From contig OZ287067.1 of the NCBI GenBank assembly GCA_965645245.1, forward strand, positions 1,612,001 to 1,676,000: 64,000 nt of DNA, given 5' to 3'. Both the position numbers and the translations under genes were made by a program. Shown here piece by piece: positions 37,527 through 51,195 of the stretch (the stretch's first letter is position 1; each line of letters opens with the position of its first letter). The notes beneath the pieces are model-generated. The model was not told the DNA's origin, did no database searches, and saw nothing but the letters and a program-made list of their open reading frames with translations. This DNA is from Massalongia carnosa. Lineage: Eukaryota.

Positions 37527-39262
37527 TCAATCCAACTCAAGAGTACTCATAAGTCGCTGGCCGATCTCCTCCCCTGCCATATACGCCCCAGTCGCCGTCC
37601 CGCACTCATCGAACGGGCTCGTATGTTCGCCTGCGAACCATATCTTTCTCCTCATACCCATGCCCTCTCTCAGGCACCGCACATCTCCCGCCGCATCCGC
37701 GATTGGCACCTGGAAATTAACGTAGCTCCCATTGCCAGCCAGCTCATCGAGCTGCCAAGTTGTGTTCAGGATCCGAGTTGGGCTGCAGGCAGCGGAGGTC
37801 GGCGAGTAGTTGGGAAGGAGCGCGATGTAAGGAGCGAAGAAGGGGTAAAGCGGGTGAGTTGTTCCGGAGCTTGACGGATGAAGTGTGCTAAAGTGGGAAG
37901 CGGACAGAGAGACGAGATACTGAGAGCATTCGCCGTAGAGGTAGAATAGGAGAGTGGAATGCTTATTGGGTACGGCGAAGGCGGCGAGATTGTATGCTTC
38001 TTGGGGCCAATGGGAAGGGTTTGTCTCGGAACTATAACGTGGGGAAAGGAAGTTGGTATATCCAGGGAAACTATCCTCGGTGGAGAAAAGATAGGGATCC
38101 AACCAGAAGGCGTCTGGGAACGTAATGTAAACCTGGATGGGAAAATTGTTAAAACTTCCTTCATCACAGCCGCTTTCTAGACAGCTTCTTACCTTTTCTA
38201 GGTAACCAACTGAGATGTTGTCAATGGCTTGTGATAACCGAGGGGGCAAAGTAGGGGTAAATGCATGCTTGTTTCGTTTAAGCCATCCCAAAGGTGTGGT
38301 CAGGACAACTTCATCAAACAACTCAATGCAGCCATCGTCTGTTTGAAGGGATACCTGGCCATGCTGCTCCCTGGCATCTTCTGATGTGTTGATCCCAATA
38401 ACCCTCTTATTGAATTGAATATTTGCAGATGAGAGTGGAATTGCCGCAATCCTCTGCAGGATTGCTTGGAAGGTGCCTGTAAGAATGACTTCGTCTGTCA
38501 CCCCACATGGTAGTCAGGCTTGTATAAAGGTTACATATCAATCTTTGTCACGAAACCACCCGAACTCACCTCCAACACAGCAACGCTCCATCCATGCAAA
38601 CCGTAAGCTTTGTTTATCCACAGGATGACCGATGTAAGCGCCCCAAACCTGTGACATGTCTAATAGCAGCTTCTGATCCTCTGGCTGGTCCGGAAATAGC
38701 TCCTTTGCTTTTTGAGCAAAGAAATCGTATAGACTCAGAGTCTCGGGTATTTTATCGCCATTCTCTTCGCTAAATTTTAAGGCCTCGTCAAAAGTTTCCC
38801 ATACGAGATCAGAGAGCTGATCGGCTTTGGCACTATCGAGAGCTTGACCATTCTTATCATATATTTGGGTCTTGCCGTTCCAAGTATGAAGGACCGTTTT
38901 AGTGTCCCTAGCCAACTGCAAGAGAGGATTGTGTCCCGATGTATGAATCCATTGAGGACCTCTGGCTGCATATCAGAACTGCGGGGGCTTTGTTGGATTT
39001 GGTAGGAACCGGGAGATTATACAGATCAACAGAGTAGCCAAGGCCATCACTTTGGCATATCTGAAAGCAAAACATTAGCTCATGGTGCCAACGGTTTAAT
39101 GTGGCAAAAGGTATGCCTCGGAGAAACCGGGTAGCGTACACGCCCTCCAATCCTATCTCTTGCCTCCAGCATCGTAACTTTGACGGGCTTTTCAAGCAAG
39201 ACGCTGGCACACCGCAGTCCTGCAAGCCCTGTCCCGACAATGCAGACATGCGGGTTCCTCAT
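37527..39262 (-). CDS. Flavin-containing amine oxidase (polyamine oxidase/FMS1-like), multi-exon
   Basis: VCIVGTGLAGL, EARDRIGGR, GPQWIH, VVLTTPLGWLK, FAGEHT. Confidence 0.88.
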
Positions 39263-39876
39263 TGTCGTAGTCTAATCAGTCAGCTATCAGTGGTGCTCGC
39301 ATGTTGTAAATTATGCGGCGCGAAGGTCCATGTGAGAGGAGAATAAGATGGTTTGCAATGAACAAGGATCAATGGATATTACTTCCGCAAAAAGAAACAA
39401 ACCCCAAAGCTATCAAGATTTCTCAATGCATCATAAAGTTCTGAAATCGAGCAATATCAAAATAGTTCGACGTCCTATCGACCGTGATGGTCCAACTTGC
39501 AAACGGAAGTACTTTGTTCCTAGTGTTGAATGCCACGTGACAATCCTCCCCCGTGGTGGGGAAACCAAGTAAATTGGACGACTCCTTTTTACAACTATCT
39601 GAGGAAAAGCTCTGGCCCCAAATTAGGGCTTTAGCGTTTCACAGCTCCTTGGTATAGCTACGCATGCGGTGCTCCTATAATGAGCAAGATTGAACGTAGT
39701 AATATAACCATAGCAACGCAAGCTATTGGAACTTAGAACTGAAAAGGGAGACGATTGTATGATGCGTGTGAGATATCAATGACCAAAACATCCGAAACAG
39801 CCTGCGCCCGACTATATTAGCTGATGTCAGGATAAACCATGCCACCATATTTGGCCATCATTATCGTAAGCTGCGA

Positions 39877-41568
39877 TCAACCACCTTTCCGTCTGGTGGA
39901 TTCTGCAAAGACCCTCCCTCTGGGCGGGAAATGCTCTGTTAATATTCTCTCCTGTTCATTCTTCCATGTCCCAACCACAGGCTTTACCGTTGAAGACTCC
40001 CTGTTCTTACAGTCCTCGGACTCATCCTCCAACTGAAAGGCATCTGTCAACTCAATCAAGTCTCCGATGCCGGATCGGCTTCCAGGAGCTGGCGACTGTA
40101 CTCTTGCCGCGGCTTTAGTGGCCAATTTCCTCACCCATCCTTCGATCGCACCGCCAATGTTCTCGATCCCGGTAGAGGATGTAGACGTTGCAGATTCGAA
40201 CGAGGTGCGAGGAGCCACGTTAGGAAGATGTGACGCAAAAATTTTGTTCAGCCCGTCTTGCGCTGGGCCAGGGTTGCGCACTTCTTTCCCCAAAGTACCC
40301 ACTCCTCCAGGACCCTGTAGCTGGTGTGCAAAATGTGAGCTCGAAGAGGATCGTGACTCTTTTCGATGGGGCGAACGGCTCAGATGATGCTCCGGTAGAA
40401 GGTCAAGAGATGCCGAAGGGGTGTCAAGGTCAGAAAAAGAAATTGATTTCCGCCTTCTTCGAGGAAAGAAACCCAGCGTTCGTCGAGAAAGCCGAGCGAT
40501 TTCTACTGCCTCGGTGAAACCGTCAATCCTCACCCATGAGTCATGTTTCCAAGGCGTTTCCTCGGGACTTGATACTGAGATGGATGGTGAGGTTGGTATG
40601 CTTGACAGCGGGGTTTCCCTTGACTCCGAGTTCTCGGACGACCCCCACCAAGGATTGTGCGAATTGGTTGGAGTCTGCATGGATTCGTGCGAGCTCTCTT
40701 TCTTGAGAGCCTTTGATGAAGAATCTGGCTCTGGTATTTTACGACCTTTAACGCCACATGCATCGACTGGTAAGACAACTGTTTTCTTGACTTGTATACT
40801 ATCATTCGGCCAGAGTCGGTTTGCCTTTCGAAAAGCATTCGGCTGACAATTGTACTTAATCATCACTCCTGCAAGAGTATCGTTTGGTTTCACTGGATGT
40901 ACATAAACCAACGCATCATGGTCCCTATCTTCATCGGGAGGTGCTGAAGTAGCTCCTCTTTCCTCGGAATCCCTGCGCTTGTATCGTCCGGACATATCTG
41001 GAGTAAGATAGCCATTGGCAGCCAATAACGTTTGCCGCTTGTTCGCCTGTATCTGAGCTAAACGATCATCTCGCGACCCTGTTCCAAGCTGTTTCTCTGT
41101 ACTGCCCGAAGGTCCCCATGCAACAGTGGCACTACCCTTCCGGCTCTGGGTTTCTTCAAACGGTCGTCTTTTTTGCGGTCGCGATTCACTCCTAAGTGAT
41201 GATCCGAAGGTGTCCCCACTTAATAAGTTAGATGCAATGCCTTGCAGCGATGACCAGGATGTCTCCCATAAACCAGTAGCAAATGCTGAAGGCGAAGTCT
41301 GTGATCCTAACACACTGGGATGGGCAAAATTATTGCTAGGTTTTGGGCGGCGTTGCGCCATTTTGCCAGATTGGGTGGGCCATGATGGATGTTTGCTGGG
41401 TATTGGAGATACTGTTCTAGAGATGGTGGGTGATGGGGGAGGTGGGGCTTCAGCTCGGGAAGTATTAGAATCGATAGTCGGTGTAGTTTCATTATCGTGT
41501 GATGTCAGACGCCGATTTCGAGGACGCAACGTTGTAGAGCTTGTCACGGAGGAGGGAGCTGCGTTCAT
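39877..41568 (-). CDS. Intracellular LysM-domain protein
   Basis: YVHPVKPNDTLAGVMIKYNC....FRKANRLWPNDSIQ; no signal peptide. Confidence 0.88.
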   Translation of the reverse strand: MNAAPSSVTSSTTLRPRNRRLTSHDNETTPTIDSNTSRAEAPPPPSPTISRTVSPIPSKHPSWPTQSGKMAQRRPKPSNNFAHPSVLGSQTSPSAFATGLWETSWSSLQGIASNLLSGDTFGSSLRSESRPQKRRPFEETQSRKGSATVAWGPSGSTEKQLGTGSRDDRLAQIQANKRQTLLAANGYLTPDMSGRYKRRDSEERGATSAPPDEDRDHDALVYVHPVKPNDTLAGVMIKYNCQPNAFRKANRLWPNDSIQVKKTVVLPVDACGVKGRKIPEPDSSSKALKKESSHESMQTPTNSHNPWWGSSENSESRETPLSSIPTSPSISVSSPEETPWKHDSWVRIDGFTEAVEIARLSRRTLGFFPRRRRKSISFSDLDTPSASLDLLPEHHLSRSPHRKESRSSSSSHFAHQLQGPGGVGTLGKEVRNPGPAQDGLNKIFASHLPNVAPRTSFESATSTSSTGIENIGGAIEGWVRKLATKAAARVQSPAPGSRSGIGDLIELTDAFQLEDESEDCKNRESSTVKPVVGTWKNEQERILTEHFPPRGRVFAESTRRKGG

Positions 41569-42403
41569 GGCTACTGAGGGGCCCCCTGGCCTGGTCTTCG
41601 AGGGTTTGGCATAGGTATGTGTTGTACTTATCTCAGCCAGATACCAAAACTTGTCTAGTCATCTTCAAAGCGGTCAAACCGCTATCAATCAATGGCCATT
41701 GTCAGCTTTGCGAATGACAAGAGGGTGCCATTGAACTCAGAGAATTGAGAAGGAAATTCGGTCATACTTACATGGCAAGACTAATGTTTAAAGCGACTTT
41801 CTGGTTCCGGGAGATGTGTTAGACTAAGTATCTGGTACTCGGTATGTAATAATAGCTCTTTAGTAAGCTAACTATAATATGTACTCCGTACGGAGTACTC
41901 TGTACGGAGTAGAAGGTCTTTCTTTCTGGAGCAGAGAAAAGTAAGTCGGAAAGGAATTTTATTTGACAGATTTTACTCACATCATCATTAAATGAACTGA
42001 CAGAATTTATTTTATTTATTTTTGTCATTGAAGTCAATTTGTCGCCGGCGATGTACCTTTACATCCAAACATAAAATAAGACGTGACTCGAAGTCATTGT
42101 GTATATCCCACTTGACTATGCAATTCATAAATCACGGACTGATTACCGTTATCTGTTTACTGCACGGACTGACAACCAAAATTTCCACCAAAGATGGCAA
42201 ATATATGCAGCATTTACAGTTACAGCTGCTGAACCTTAACGCCCTCCCTTGTTCACGCTTTGATCCAGAAAGAGAGAAATATAAGAATGCCCCGGATATT
42301 CTGATCAAGCACATATCTTGCAACTGGGATTATATAATCACCTTGGATTATGAAACCTTTAGTGGCACAGGCTCAATGCATCAAATAGAGAATATTTTTT
42401 CAT

Positions 42404-45400
42404 CTAAACGCCGTCCGCTCCATCCGCATTGAGACCTCCCACATCGCCCTGCATCCCAAAAAACTGAAACCTGGACGACCAAAGTTAATATGCCCTCCTG
42501 AAGCAGTCATAGCTCAAGGACTTACCAATCTTCCACGTTCAGTGTTGTAGGAATGATGGGACCGTTTCCACAGCTGCTGTTACTCCAGGTATCTTCTGGG
42601 CTCTGTCCATCACCGGGAAATTGACTTGACCATCCATGGGGAGTGTTTTGCTGTGGCAACCCCTGCATGTGACTCATTCCCGCAAATTCTGGCATTCCAT
42701 GCATATTAGCCTGTGCGTCTTGTGAGCCCCGCATCGCTCGGGAAGGTAAGTGTTGGTGGCCTTGCATCCCTGAGGGCAGCATGCTGGGCGACTCCATTTG
42801 AGGCATCTGAAGTAGCGGATCGAGATTTTGTTGACCACCAAACTGCGGTAGGCACATAGCGGTGTTTTCAGGAAAGAGCTGATCTGGCTGGAAGTTCTCC
42901 CATAAACTCTGAGATATATGAGGAGAGTCACGCGTTACCAAGAACAAATCCGGAGGAGTGGCGGGGATAGAATAAGACGGATTGAAAGGCGTAGGCGGCC
43001 GAGTATTATTCCGAGAGAAGCCGGTTAGAAATCCTTCGGCTGATTGGCGAAGGTGCGGCGAAGCTGGAGGAGCAGCCATTGATACGATTGGGGCGGATTG
43101 CCCGATATCTCGCGAGGGGGTGACGGCTGGTGTCTGTGGTCGAGAACGTTCATAGGAGACTTGGGGGACCGGGGCTCCGTTGGAAAAGCCAAGCTGCATT
43201 TCGTCGAACTTACGCTTTTGCTGCAGATCCTCCTTCTCCTGAGCCGGCCGGACATCAAGCTTACATTTCTTGTGCCTCCTGCCAGCTGCCTTCTGTAATT
43301 TGTCCTCCAACATCTTGTTACCTAGTATTGACTCAAATAATGCGTGAACCATCTTAGCTACAAGCCAGACTTTGGATACCTCTTTAAGAGCGTTCATACA
43401 GACCTGCATCCTTTCCTGCGTTGCAGTTACAATTGAAGGGACAGATGAGCGCATCTGATATACATGCATAATAAGGGCTGAGAACAGGCAGTAGACACTG
43501 TCACATATGTAAGCTAAAACCGTTATGGCCTGCACATCGAAAACCCACATGAAAGCTGGCGTGAACCGGAGCTCGTCATGCTCCTGAAGATCTACGATGA
43601 TGGCAGTAATCATCGCTGCAGCCTGAAACGCGATACCCCTCGAAGGGTATGCAGCATCGCTAGGATAACTGCCTGGTTGGCCCTCAGAGGTCGCAGGAGG
43701 CATATGTGCTCTGTGAAGAAGACAAAGGGTGGTGCTTTACACAATCAATGCCAGCTCAAACGTAGAAATCTGCAATGACTTACTAGTAATTGGAATGTAG
43801 CAAAGCGGACCAAAAATGATGTTTTGATCTCTCCCAGTACACCTCTTTGGGACAATTTTGAAGCCAGTCTGCCAATGCCATGTCACTATGTGTAAGATCA
43901 ATTGGATTCCGTCGGCGTGCTTTTGATGCGACAGAATATTGTTGGGATAGAACCAAGCCCATGATCTCACACAGTCTCACGTATTGGAGGAAGAACTGAA
44001 CATGCACAGGATCTGGTGGACACTTTTCATAGTCACTGGTCCCATCCTCTAGAAAGTCCTCTTCTGAGACCATTTCAACATCAGAGTCATCGGTATTGAT
44101 ATGAACGGGTCGACCAAGAGCAACGGCGACGGATCTGTCCCTAGTGAACAATGTCCACCATATTCGCTTCCATAGTCGCTTATCCGGTCGACTGAGCTGA
44201 GAACCTTCGACACTGTAGTATATGTGAGCGTGATACTTAACTAAATATTAGGCGCTTAAATACCTCCGATGCATGCCTGAGCCTTGTGCAACGATTGTTG
44301 CGACCCTGGTCCAATAGAACACATTCTTTGTGACATCTAGCAACCCATTAGAGCTTGACACATGGAAAGACCTGTACGCCATTGGTAAATACCCTCAGGC
44401 CCTTCCCAATACCATCCCATTAGCACAAGTGCTTGGACAATTGTTATACGATCATCTTCATAATTGGCATCATAAAGAGCTTTTGCACGCTTGTAAAAGG
44501 TCATTGCTGCAGGCGTGGTTGAGCCGTCCGCGTCCATGAGCTGCGGGTTTGTGCACACTCGCGAGCCCGCCAGTAGCATAGCTTGCAATAGAAGCAGAGA
44601 AGGGGGATTCTTGGTATCCCGGTACCGATGCATGAATTGACCTCGATTGATGACGGGAACCACAGGTGCCACCCACTTAAAAAATGCCTCAACAAGCTCA
44701 TCGCAAAGAGCCCGTGGGGGAAGCAGGAAGGCTCCCCGCTGATGCAGTATCTCAATCTCGATATTGTCCAGCTCCGTCAACCTTTGCCTCGCTCCTTTGC
44801 CAGAATCTGGTAACGGATAGTGAACAACATCCGTCGTCCCATGCCTATCATGTACTAGTAGCGATAAATTTGACGATTCTCCGAGATATGCAACTCTTCC
44901 AGCTTCTTTGATGGGAGCCCTCGCAAACTTCGGTTTCATGAAATGCGCAAAATGGGAGTTATGAGACGCCTGCTCGGCAGCTTGTGCATCGGACAGAGAA
45001 GTGATTGGCATGCCATTGTGCGTATGAGTATCGAAATCTTTAGTGCTACGTGGGACGTCAGGGTTCACCGGATTTTCGACCGGAGAAGGCGCATGCACAG
45101 ATTCTGCCCGATCGCTATTGCAACGACAATAAGTCAGCGTCTCCTCCACCCAAGGTAAGAAAGAGCGATGCCATCACCTATCCGAATCCCTTGGTCTGCC
45201 CTGACTCTTCTTTCTTTTGGGAGCTGGTATCTTGCATTCAATAGAAAAGGCGACACAATTCGTACATGGCACGCCGAGGCTTGCAGCATCGCACCGGACC
45301 TAAATGTGTTTTGTCAAGACAAGAAACACTGATAGGGTGAAGCGAGTACTGACCTTGCGTGCATGGCACGTCTATGGAGGTTGATGAGATTAGTAAATCT

Positions 45401-45691
45401 AGACCGAGGTGCCGAGGTTTTGAAAGAGGGAAGCCAACCTGGAAAGGATGGGTGGTAACCCTCCCTCTCTGGTTTTTTGCAAATGGAAAATCATACTTCA
45501 CAGGCTCTTGACGCACGCTGTCTGCACGATCAAGGAGGTACATCAGCAATCGAATGTAATTGCTATGCGGAGTCCGGACGTGTTGCTCACCTCCGAAAAC
45601 TCGGATGGCCAGGCGTCTGGGAGTTGGGTGCAGCGCTGGTGTTTGGCAACGACGCAGCAGCGCCTAGGATTGTTGCGGCCGCTGTGTGCAT
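42404..45691 (-). CDS. farA: Zn(II)2Cys6 transcription factor FarA / cutinase transcription factor 1 alpha, multi-exon
   Basis: Spliced cluster RASRACE/TCHARK/VRCDAASLGVPCTNCVAFSIEC; fungal TF domain; C-terminal PTTLNVEDWFQFFG. Confidence 0.9.
45404..45417. promoter_or_regulatory. Two tandem CCGAGG (FarA/FarB-type) sites in farA intron 2
   Basis: CCGAGG at 45404-45409 and 45412-45417 inside intron 45372-45496. Confidence 0.45.
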
Positions 45692-46137
45692 GATTTGATA
45701 CCTCGTTTTTCTTGCCTTTTTTTTTACGTTGCGTTACTCCGATTAAATCTCGGCATAGGCCACTGATAGCTTTGGATTAGTGGATTCTGGATTCTGGATT
45801 CTGGGTTCTGGGTTCAGCGTTCATGGACGATCTGGATATTAAAGATTCGCTGTGGGCAAGAAGCCTAGGGCTTGTCATGTGGAGGCGTTCTAATTGTTAT
45901 TAGGATACGGTACTACCACAGTACTTAAGATCATGGTCACCACTTCAAAGGTCGATCGAGAACCCCATCAAGCGAGTCATGCGAGGGGTCAATCGATCCT
46001 TTCGCCCTCAACCACTTGGCCAATTCCTTCCTCGGCTTCTCATTCTAATCAGAGCGATTCTAGATTCGTAAATTAGTTGCTACAATCATGAAGCCCGGAT
46101 AAAAGGCGATCTGGATGTTGACAAAAATTATATCAGG

Positions 46138-47705
46138 CTACGCCAGCTCCCTACTATACTCCTGAATGACATTGACTAGTATTTGGCGATTATGCCTAGA
46201 ATCGAATACTTGCGCATGATCTAAGTCATCAAACCAGATGATGTCCAAGCCCTTGCCAGTCCATTCGCGATGCTTCCATGCTTGGCATTCTAAGTTTTTG
46301 CTGCCATCGTCTGCTAAATATCGGCCCACAGCATCGGTGTTCACAATGAGGTCTTTCCCACTAAGAACAACAGTGGCTTGGCATTTCTGCATTTCATGCT
46401 TCCAAAGGATGTTTTCAGACCAGAAGAAGCGTCTTGAGAGTGTATGAGCGACGCCCATATCCATGGATGCGAAGTAGTAGAGTTGGTGTTCGTTGGCTCT
46501 CACCGGTTTACGGCACGTAAAATTATATGCAACATCGGGTAAGTGAAGCAGGAATGACACTGGATCCACGAACAAGGTGGCTCCAATAAATGCTGAGGCA
46601 GCCGCGCTCTGAAGTAGATGAGTCGAAATAACACTACCGTAAGAATGAGAAACAAGCACGACCTTGTCCCATCCATGCTTTGAAAGGATGCTCATAATCT
46701 CATCACACATCTGGTCTTTCTCCAAGGCCGCATGAGTGATGCGGAAACTGATCGGCATCATCTCAATGGCTATGATACCGATCTCTCCATTTTCGCGGGG
46801 TTCATCGCTTGTCTGGTTGATTTGAGCAAGGAGGTTGACGTAAGGATAGAGTCCAATACCAATCCCATGGATAAAGAGCACTGGCAATCTCTTCTTTGAG
46901 GTATGCGGGCGGTGCCAATACGACAATGTACTTGCTGGGGTCTTATGGGTAGTTAGTAGTGTTAAGGGACGAAAGGGGAAGACCGTGGGGAATCGCTTAA
47001 TGGGTAAACGATGAAAGCGAAATGAATGGAAGAGCATGTTAAAGTAGGTTGCTGTATCGACGAAAAACACACACTGTCCTCAAGATGTCAGTATACAGCG
47101 CATCCCCACGACTCTTTTGAGGTTCCAGAGCGGCCTCGATCATTTTTGCTTACCAAGTACCACAACAGAGATCTATGGAGCATATTCACTTTGTCCATCG
47201 TTAATCTTAGCGAGATAGCGTTGCCTCGTCCTGGCTGCAATTTTCTTCCGAGCAGCAACTCCATCTTGTCGGTGTACTCTTCCAGTTCCTCATTCTCAAG
47301 AAGCCCATACGTTAATTTATCTAGGAACGCCCAGCAGAAGAACTCCTTCACATTTTCGCGTCGAATTTCCGAGCCTGGAGCCCCTGAGAACCACTTTGAG
47401 AGGTAGTGCTCTGGGTCCGCTACACTTTCATGGCATAGTTGGAAAAGCTCACGACGTTTTTCCCGAGATCGGGTTGGCGGATGAACGGCAGCACGCTGTA
47501 GAATATAATTTCTCGGCAGATATATCAACACAAAGAAGAAACTCTCGGCCACAGCCCAGGTCTCAAGTACCAAGGGGATCCGATATACGGACGGGCGAAT
47601 CATCATGACAAGAATGCAATACAAAGTGCTGACAGGTGCAATAAAATGGAGGAAAAAAATACAAGAGCGAATAAAACAGTAGTCCCATACAGTAGTACCA
47701 ATCAT
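46138..47705 (-). CDS. Alpha/beta hydrolase fold protein, 2 exons
   Basis: PVLFIHGIGIG, VSHSYGS nucleophile elbow, FVDPV, C-terminal DH. Confidence 0.85.
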
Positions 47706-48134
47706 TTTGAAGGGTTCAGTCCTTAAGTTTATACAAGCTATTTTGCAGTTATTGTATCTGTGTTAGAAGAGCGTTAAATTTAAGGGCTTTGCGAGGACAC
47801 AGTAGTAACAGTAAGGCAGCACTGACGACGCATAGAAAAAGAGCTGTCGTGGATTTTTCGTGTCTTGGACATTCTATTTTGTTGGGAAAATAATGTTCGT
47901 AAGTGAGCATTTGGGTTGGGATAAAGTGCATTACTCTATAGAGTACTTTCCACCCTGGACTTTCAACAAGGTAACAAAATACCAGAAACACGCCCTACTA
48001 TCGATACCTATCTATACGAAACTTACAGTATCCCCGTTATAGATACGTAAATTTTATAAATTAAATTAATATTCCATCTATTTATAATCCCTACAATTAT
48101 CCTTACATACGAAGTCCCTAATCTGAGCCTGAGA

Positions 48135-48718
48135 ATGCCGCCTATCCATTTTGGAAACTTTGTGGTCACGACACAGGTTGCCCATTGCCTAGGTTGCTGC
48201 ATTAACGGTACTGACATGGTGAGAAGGTCTTCCATCATACACCACTCAGCTTCGCGCTCGTGAATTTAAAGCCCCTGTTACCAGGTCATGTGCTTGTAAT
48301 TCCTCGCCGAGTCACACCGCGGTTGTCAGATCTCACTCACGCTGAGGTGACCGATCTCTTTCTTACTGTGCAACGTGTGGGTCGGATGGTTGAACGGGTC
48401 TACCATGCTTCAAGCCTAAACATTGCGATGCAAGATGGCGCTGATGCTGGGCAAAGCGTTCCACATGTACATGCACACATCATACCTCGCCATAAAGCAG
48501 ACTTAGCTGAAAGGGGGGGTTCTGACGCTATTTACACTATGTTAGAGTCCGAGGAAGGAGATGTTGGCAGCCATCTTCAACAGCGATTTGATGGGAGGCC
48601 TAAATTCCCTGTGCAAGACGAGGCCACGAGAATGCTCAGAAGTGAGGCTGAAATGGTAGAGGAAGCTCGTCATCTGGCCTCTGAAATTGAGGAAACGCAA
48701 CGAGCAGACCCACTCTGA
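48135..48718 (+). CDS. HNT2: Bis(5'-adenosyl)-triphosphatase, FHIT family HIT hydrolase, 2 exons
   Basis: VNLKPLLPGHVLV, QDGADAGQSVPHVHAHIIPR HIT motif. Confidence 0.92.
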
Positions 48719-49351
48719 GAAATTGTCCATTCGCAAGTCTCACTGCAACGAGGCACCTGCTACGGTCGAAGGAATTAACAATCCTTGTGTAAAAGATTTG
48801 ATCTACGTGCTTATTGAAGACATAATTAACAAATATTTCCTGTCAAGAAAGCGCCAGACTGTCGGTTATGAGTGGAGTCCCCTCTGATTGGAGTCTGATA
48901 AAAGTATATTTTACTGTCCTAGGATCAATCCAGAGAGCGCCCCTATTTGTCTCCAAGATTTAAGGGAGAATGGCGAGGTACCTGCCGAGCACTAAGCATG
49001 AGAAAACAAAACTACCACTCTACCATAAAGTCAGCGCTGACAGGAATCGAATCTATCATGATAATAAATGAATTAAGGCAACTACATGCAGCTTTATCAG
49101 CTGCTTATAGGAAGCAAGAAAAGCTCACCGAAAGAAGTCAACGCTGATACGACGAAGAACGAGCCGGACTCTAATGACGTAGATATTGGGCCAGAAATAC
49201 GACCTTTACTTTTCTATCGTTATCTCTTACGCAAATTTGTATCTAGATGTTGTTATCCCATGTTGTCTAGGAGCAGCAAGATGAGCTATGTTTCTTCAAG
49301 ATATCTCTATCGGCGCCTAGCTGAAAGCGAATACATATGAAGTCTGTGTCG

Positions 49352-50680
49352 TTATAATTTTGTTATTCCTTTGACCTCTCGGGTTCTTCCAATCGTGACT
49401 TTGAGTTGCCTCCCTTTTCCCTTTTCGCCGAATACGCCTGATAGTAACGAGTCGGTGTAGAGTTCGTAGGCCGGGTAATCTTTTCAGGTCAATTGATTGA
49501 GGAACATATCAAGGGTTTGCGAGGTTCATACAGCCACTGACGAACTTAATAACCTGGTCATCGCTCATCCCAGTGCCTTTCGCTCGTCGGAGCGCAGCTT
49601 CCTGCTCCAAGCGCCATTCATAAACAAATTCTAGGTGTTCTGCATTACTTCCGCACTATTAGCAAATTCTTGCAGAACAAGCGTAAAGACACAAGCACTC
49701 ACATATGTATCATGGCGTCCAGTTGCCTTTGGCTTTATCAGTTCAGACTCTCTTCGAGGTTTGAAAAGCAGCGCTCACTTTGTGATTGCGTCATATCCTT
49801 TTAAAGCTTCATTCACAAACTCTACATCTTCAAGTCGGTTCCAGCCTAGGCGACCCCGATAAGGTCCGTACTCTCTCTGCGCTACTGCTTCCTCCCATTT
49901 TCCTTGTAACCTCGGCGTGTCTAATGCTTGAAAACCGACACACCAACCCTCGAGGATTACAACTCGTATCATTTCGTCTCCTGCGTTATTTACGACAGTC
50001 CATTGCTTTTGAGAGACTCGATCTCCTTCTCCGGAGTATGCGCTTTTGTCATACCTGGGGATATGGGTCTTTTTCCCTTCGCGAAGGGAGGAAAGGCAAG
50101 AAAGCGCGAGTAGAAGGTCATGCGTGGACGGTTGGCCACGATGTTGAATCAGAGGGTTATCTGGATGGCTAGAAGCCAGCTGAGTTTGCAATTCATGCGG
50201 TAGATAAAAGTCGTCTATGGAGAGGACGATTGTTGGAAGACAGTGGGGAGGGCGGCTGAGCGTCTCAGCCAGCGAAGATGCCTACATGGTCCAATCAGAG
50301 GGTTTAAGAGCATAAATAGCAAGCTGTGATGAAGGAGAAAGACATAGTATAAAATCCGCGTCAGATACTGTTCCATACAACTCGCGGTGCAGACATTAGG
50401 CACCGAGTAAGGTAGTTTTACATTAAGTATAAATCTAACAGATTATACTTCCAGAACAAGTTCTGCAGGATGGGAGCCACCAAAAACGCCATTCCAAATC
50501 ATGAACGCGTTTCATATGTTGACTGACCAGGAAGGTCTTCCCAGCTCCTTGTACACCATTGATTCCTAGGTAAAAGGCACGGTTTCTGTGCCTGTCTTCC
50601 AGCTGGTGAAGCTGAAGACGATCGAGAATGAAAGATATGTAGTGCTGTAGTTCGTGGTCTTCAATCTGTACCTCAGGCAT
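49352..50680 (-). CDS. P-loop kinase, TDA10/D-glycerate-3-kinase-like, multi-exon
   Basis: GINGVQGAGKT, SIDDFYL, HRGQPSTHD, IPRYDKS, ILEGWCVGF, WRLEQE. Confidence 0.85.
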
Positions 50681-51189
50681 GATTGATAAAATCCGCTTTA
50701 CAGCTTGCTTTTCGTTCCAGGCAAAGTCAAAGATAGGTACAAGATTGGGTGATATTGGTCCATGCCCCTAATAATCTCAAAAAACAGTCACGAAACAAGC
50801 ACATATTCATTTTTTTATACGAAAGGTATTTACAATTATCGAATATCCGGTCAGAACTCTTTTGTTTTATTTCGTCGTTATTTGTAAGAAGTACAGAGTA
50901 GTTTTGTAACGACATACAACGATTGCCTCGCATTCATGCGATCGTAGCACAAGGTTTTGATTGAAACATTTCATTTTAAATCACGAAAATCACCTCGTTT
51001 TCAAGAACTTGAACTTTGTAAAACAATGTACATAATTGATAGATGATTAATGTAACATAATATCACAGAGGCAGTTTTTTTAGAGGCACGGACCAATGTT
51101 ACCCAACCTTGTACCTGCCACGCCTGCCTAACACTAAAAGCGTACGATTACATGCGGTGAATGCATGTGATGCTTGCGGGGGGTCTGAG

Positions 51190-51195
51190 CCGAGG
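51190..51195. promoter_or_regulatory. CCGAGG FarA/FarB-type site in FOX2 promoter
   Basis: Exact motif ~165 bp upstream of the FOX2 ATG. Confidence 0.55.

Noticed and set aside
42022..42432. 136-aa + strand ORF
   Set aside because: Lies antisense over the farA 3' end and UTR; non-ATG start, no protein-like features
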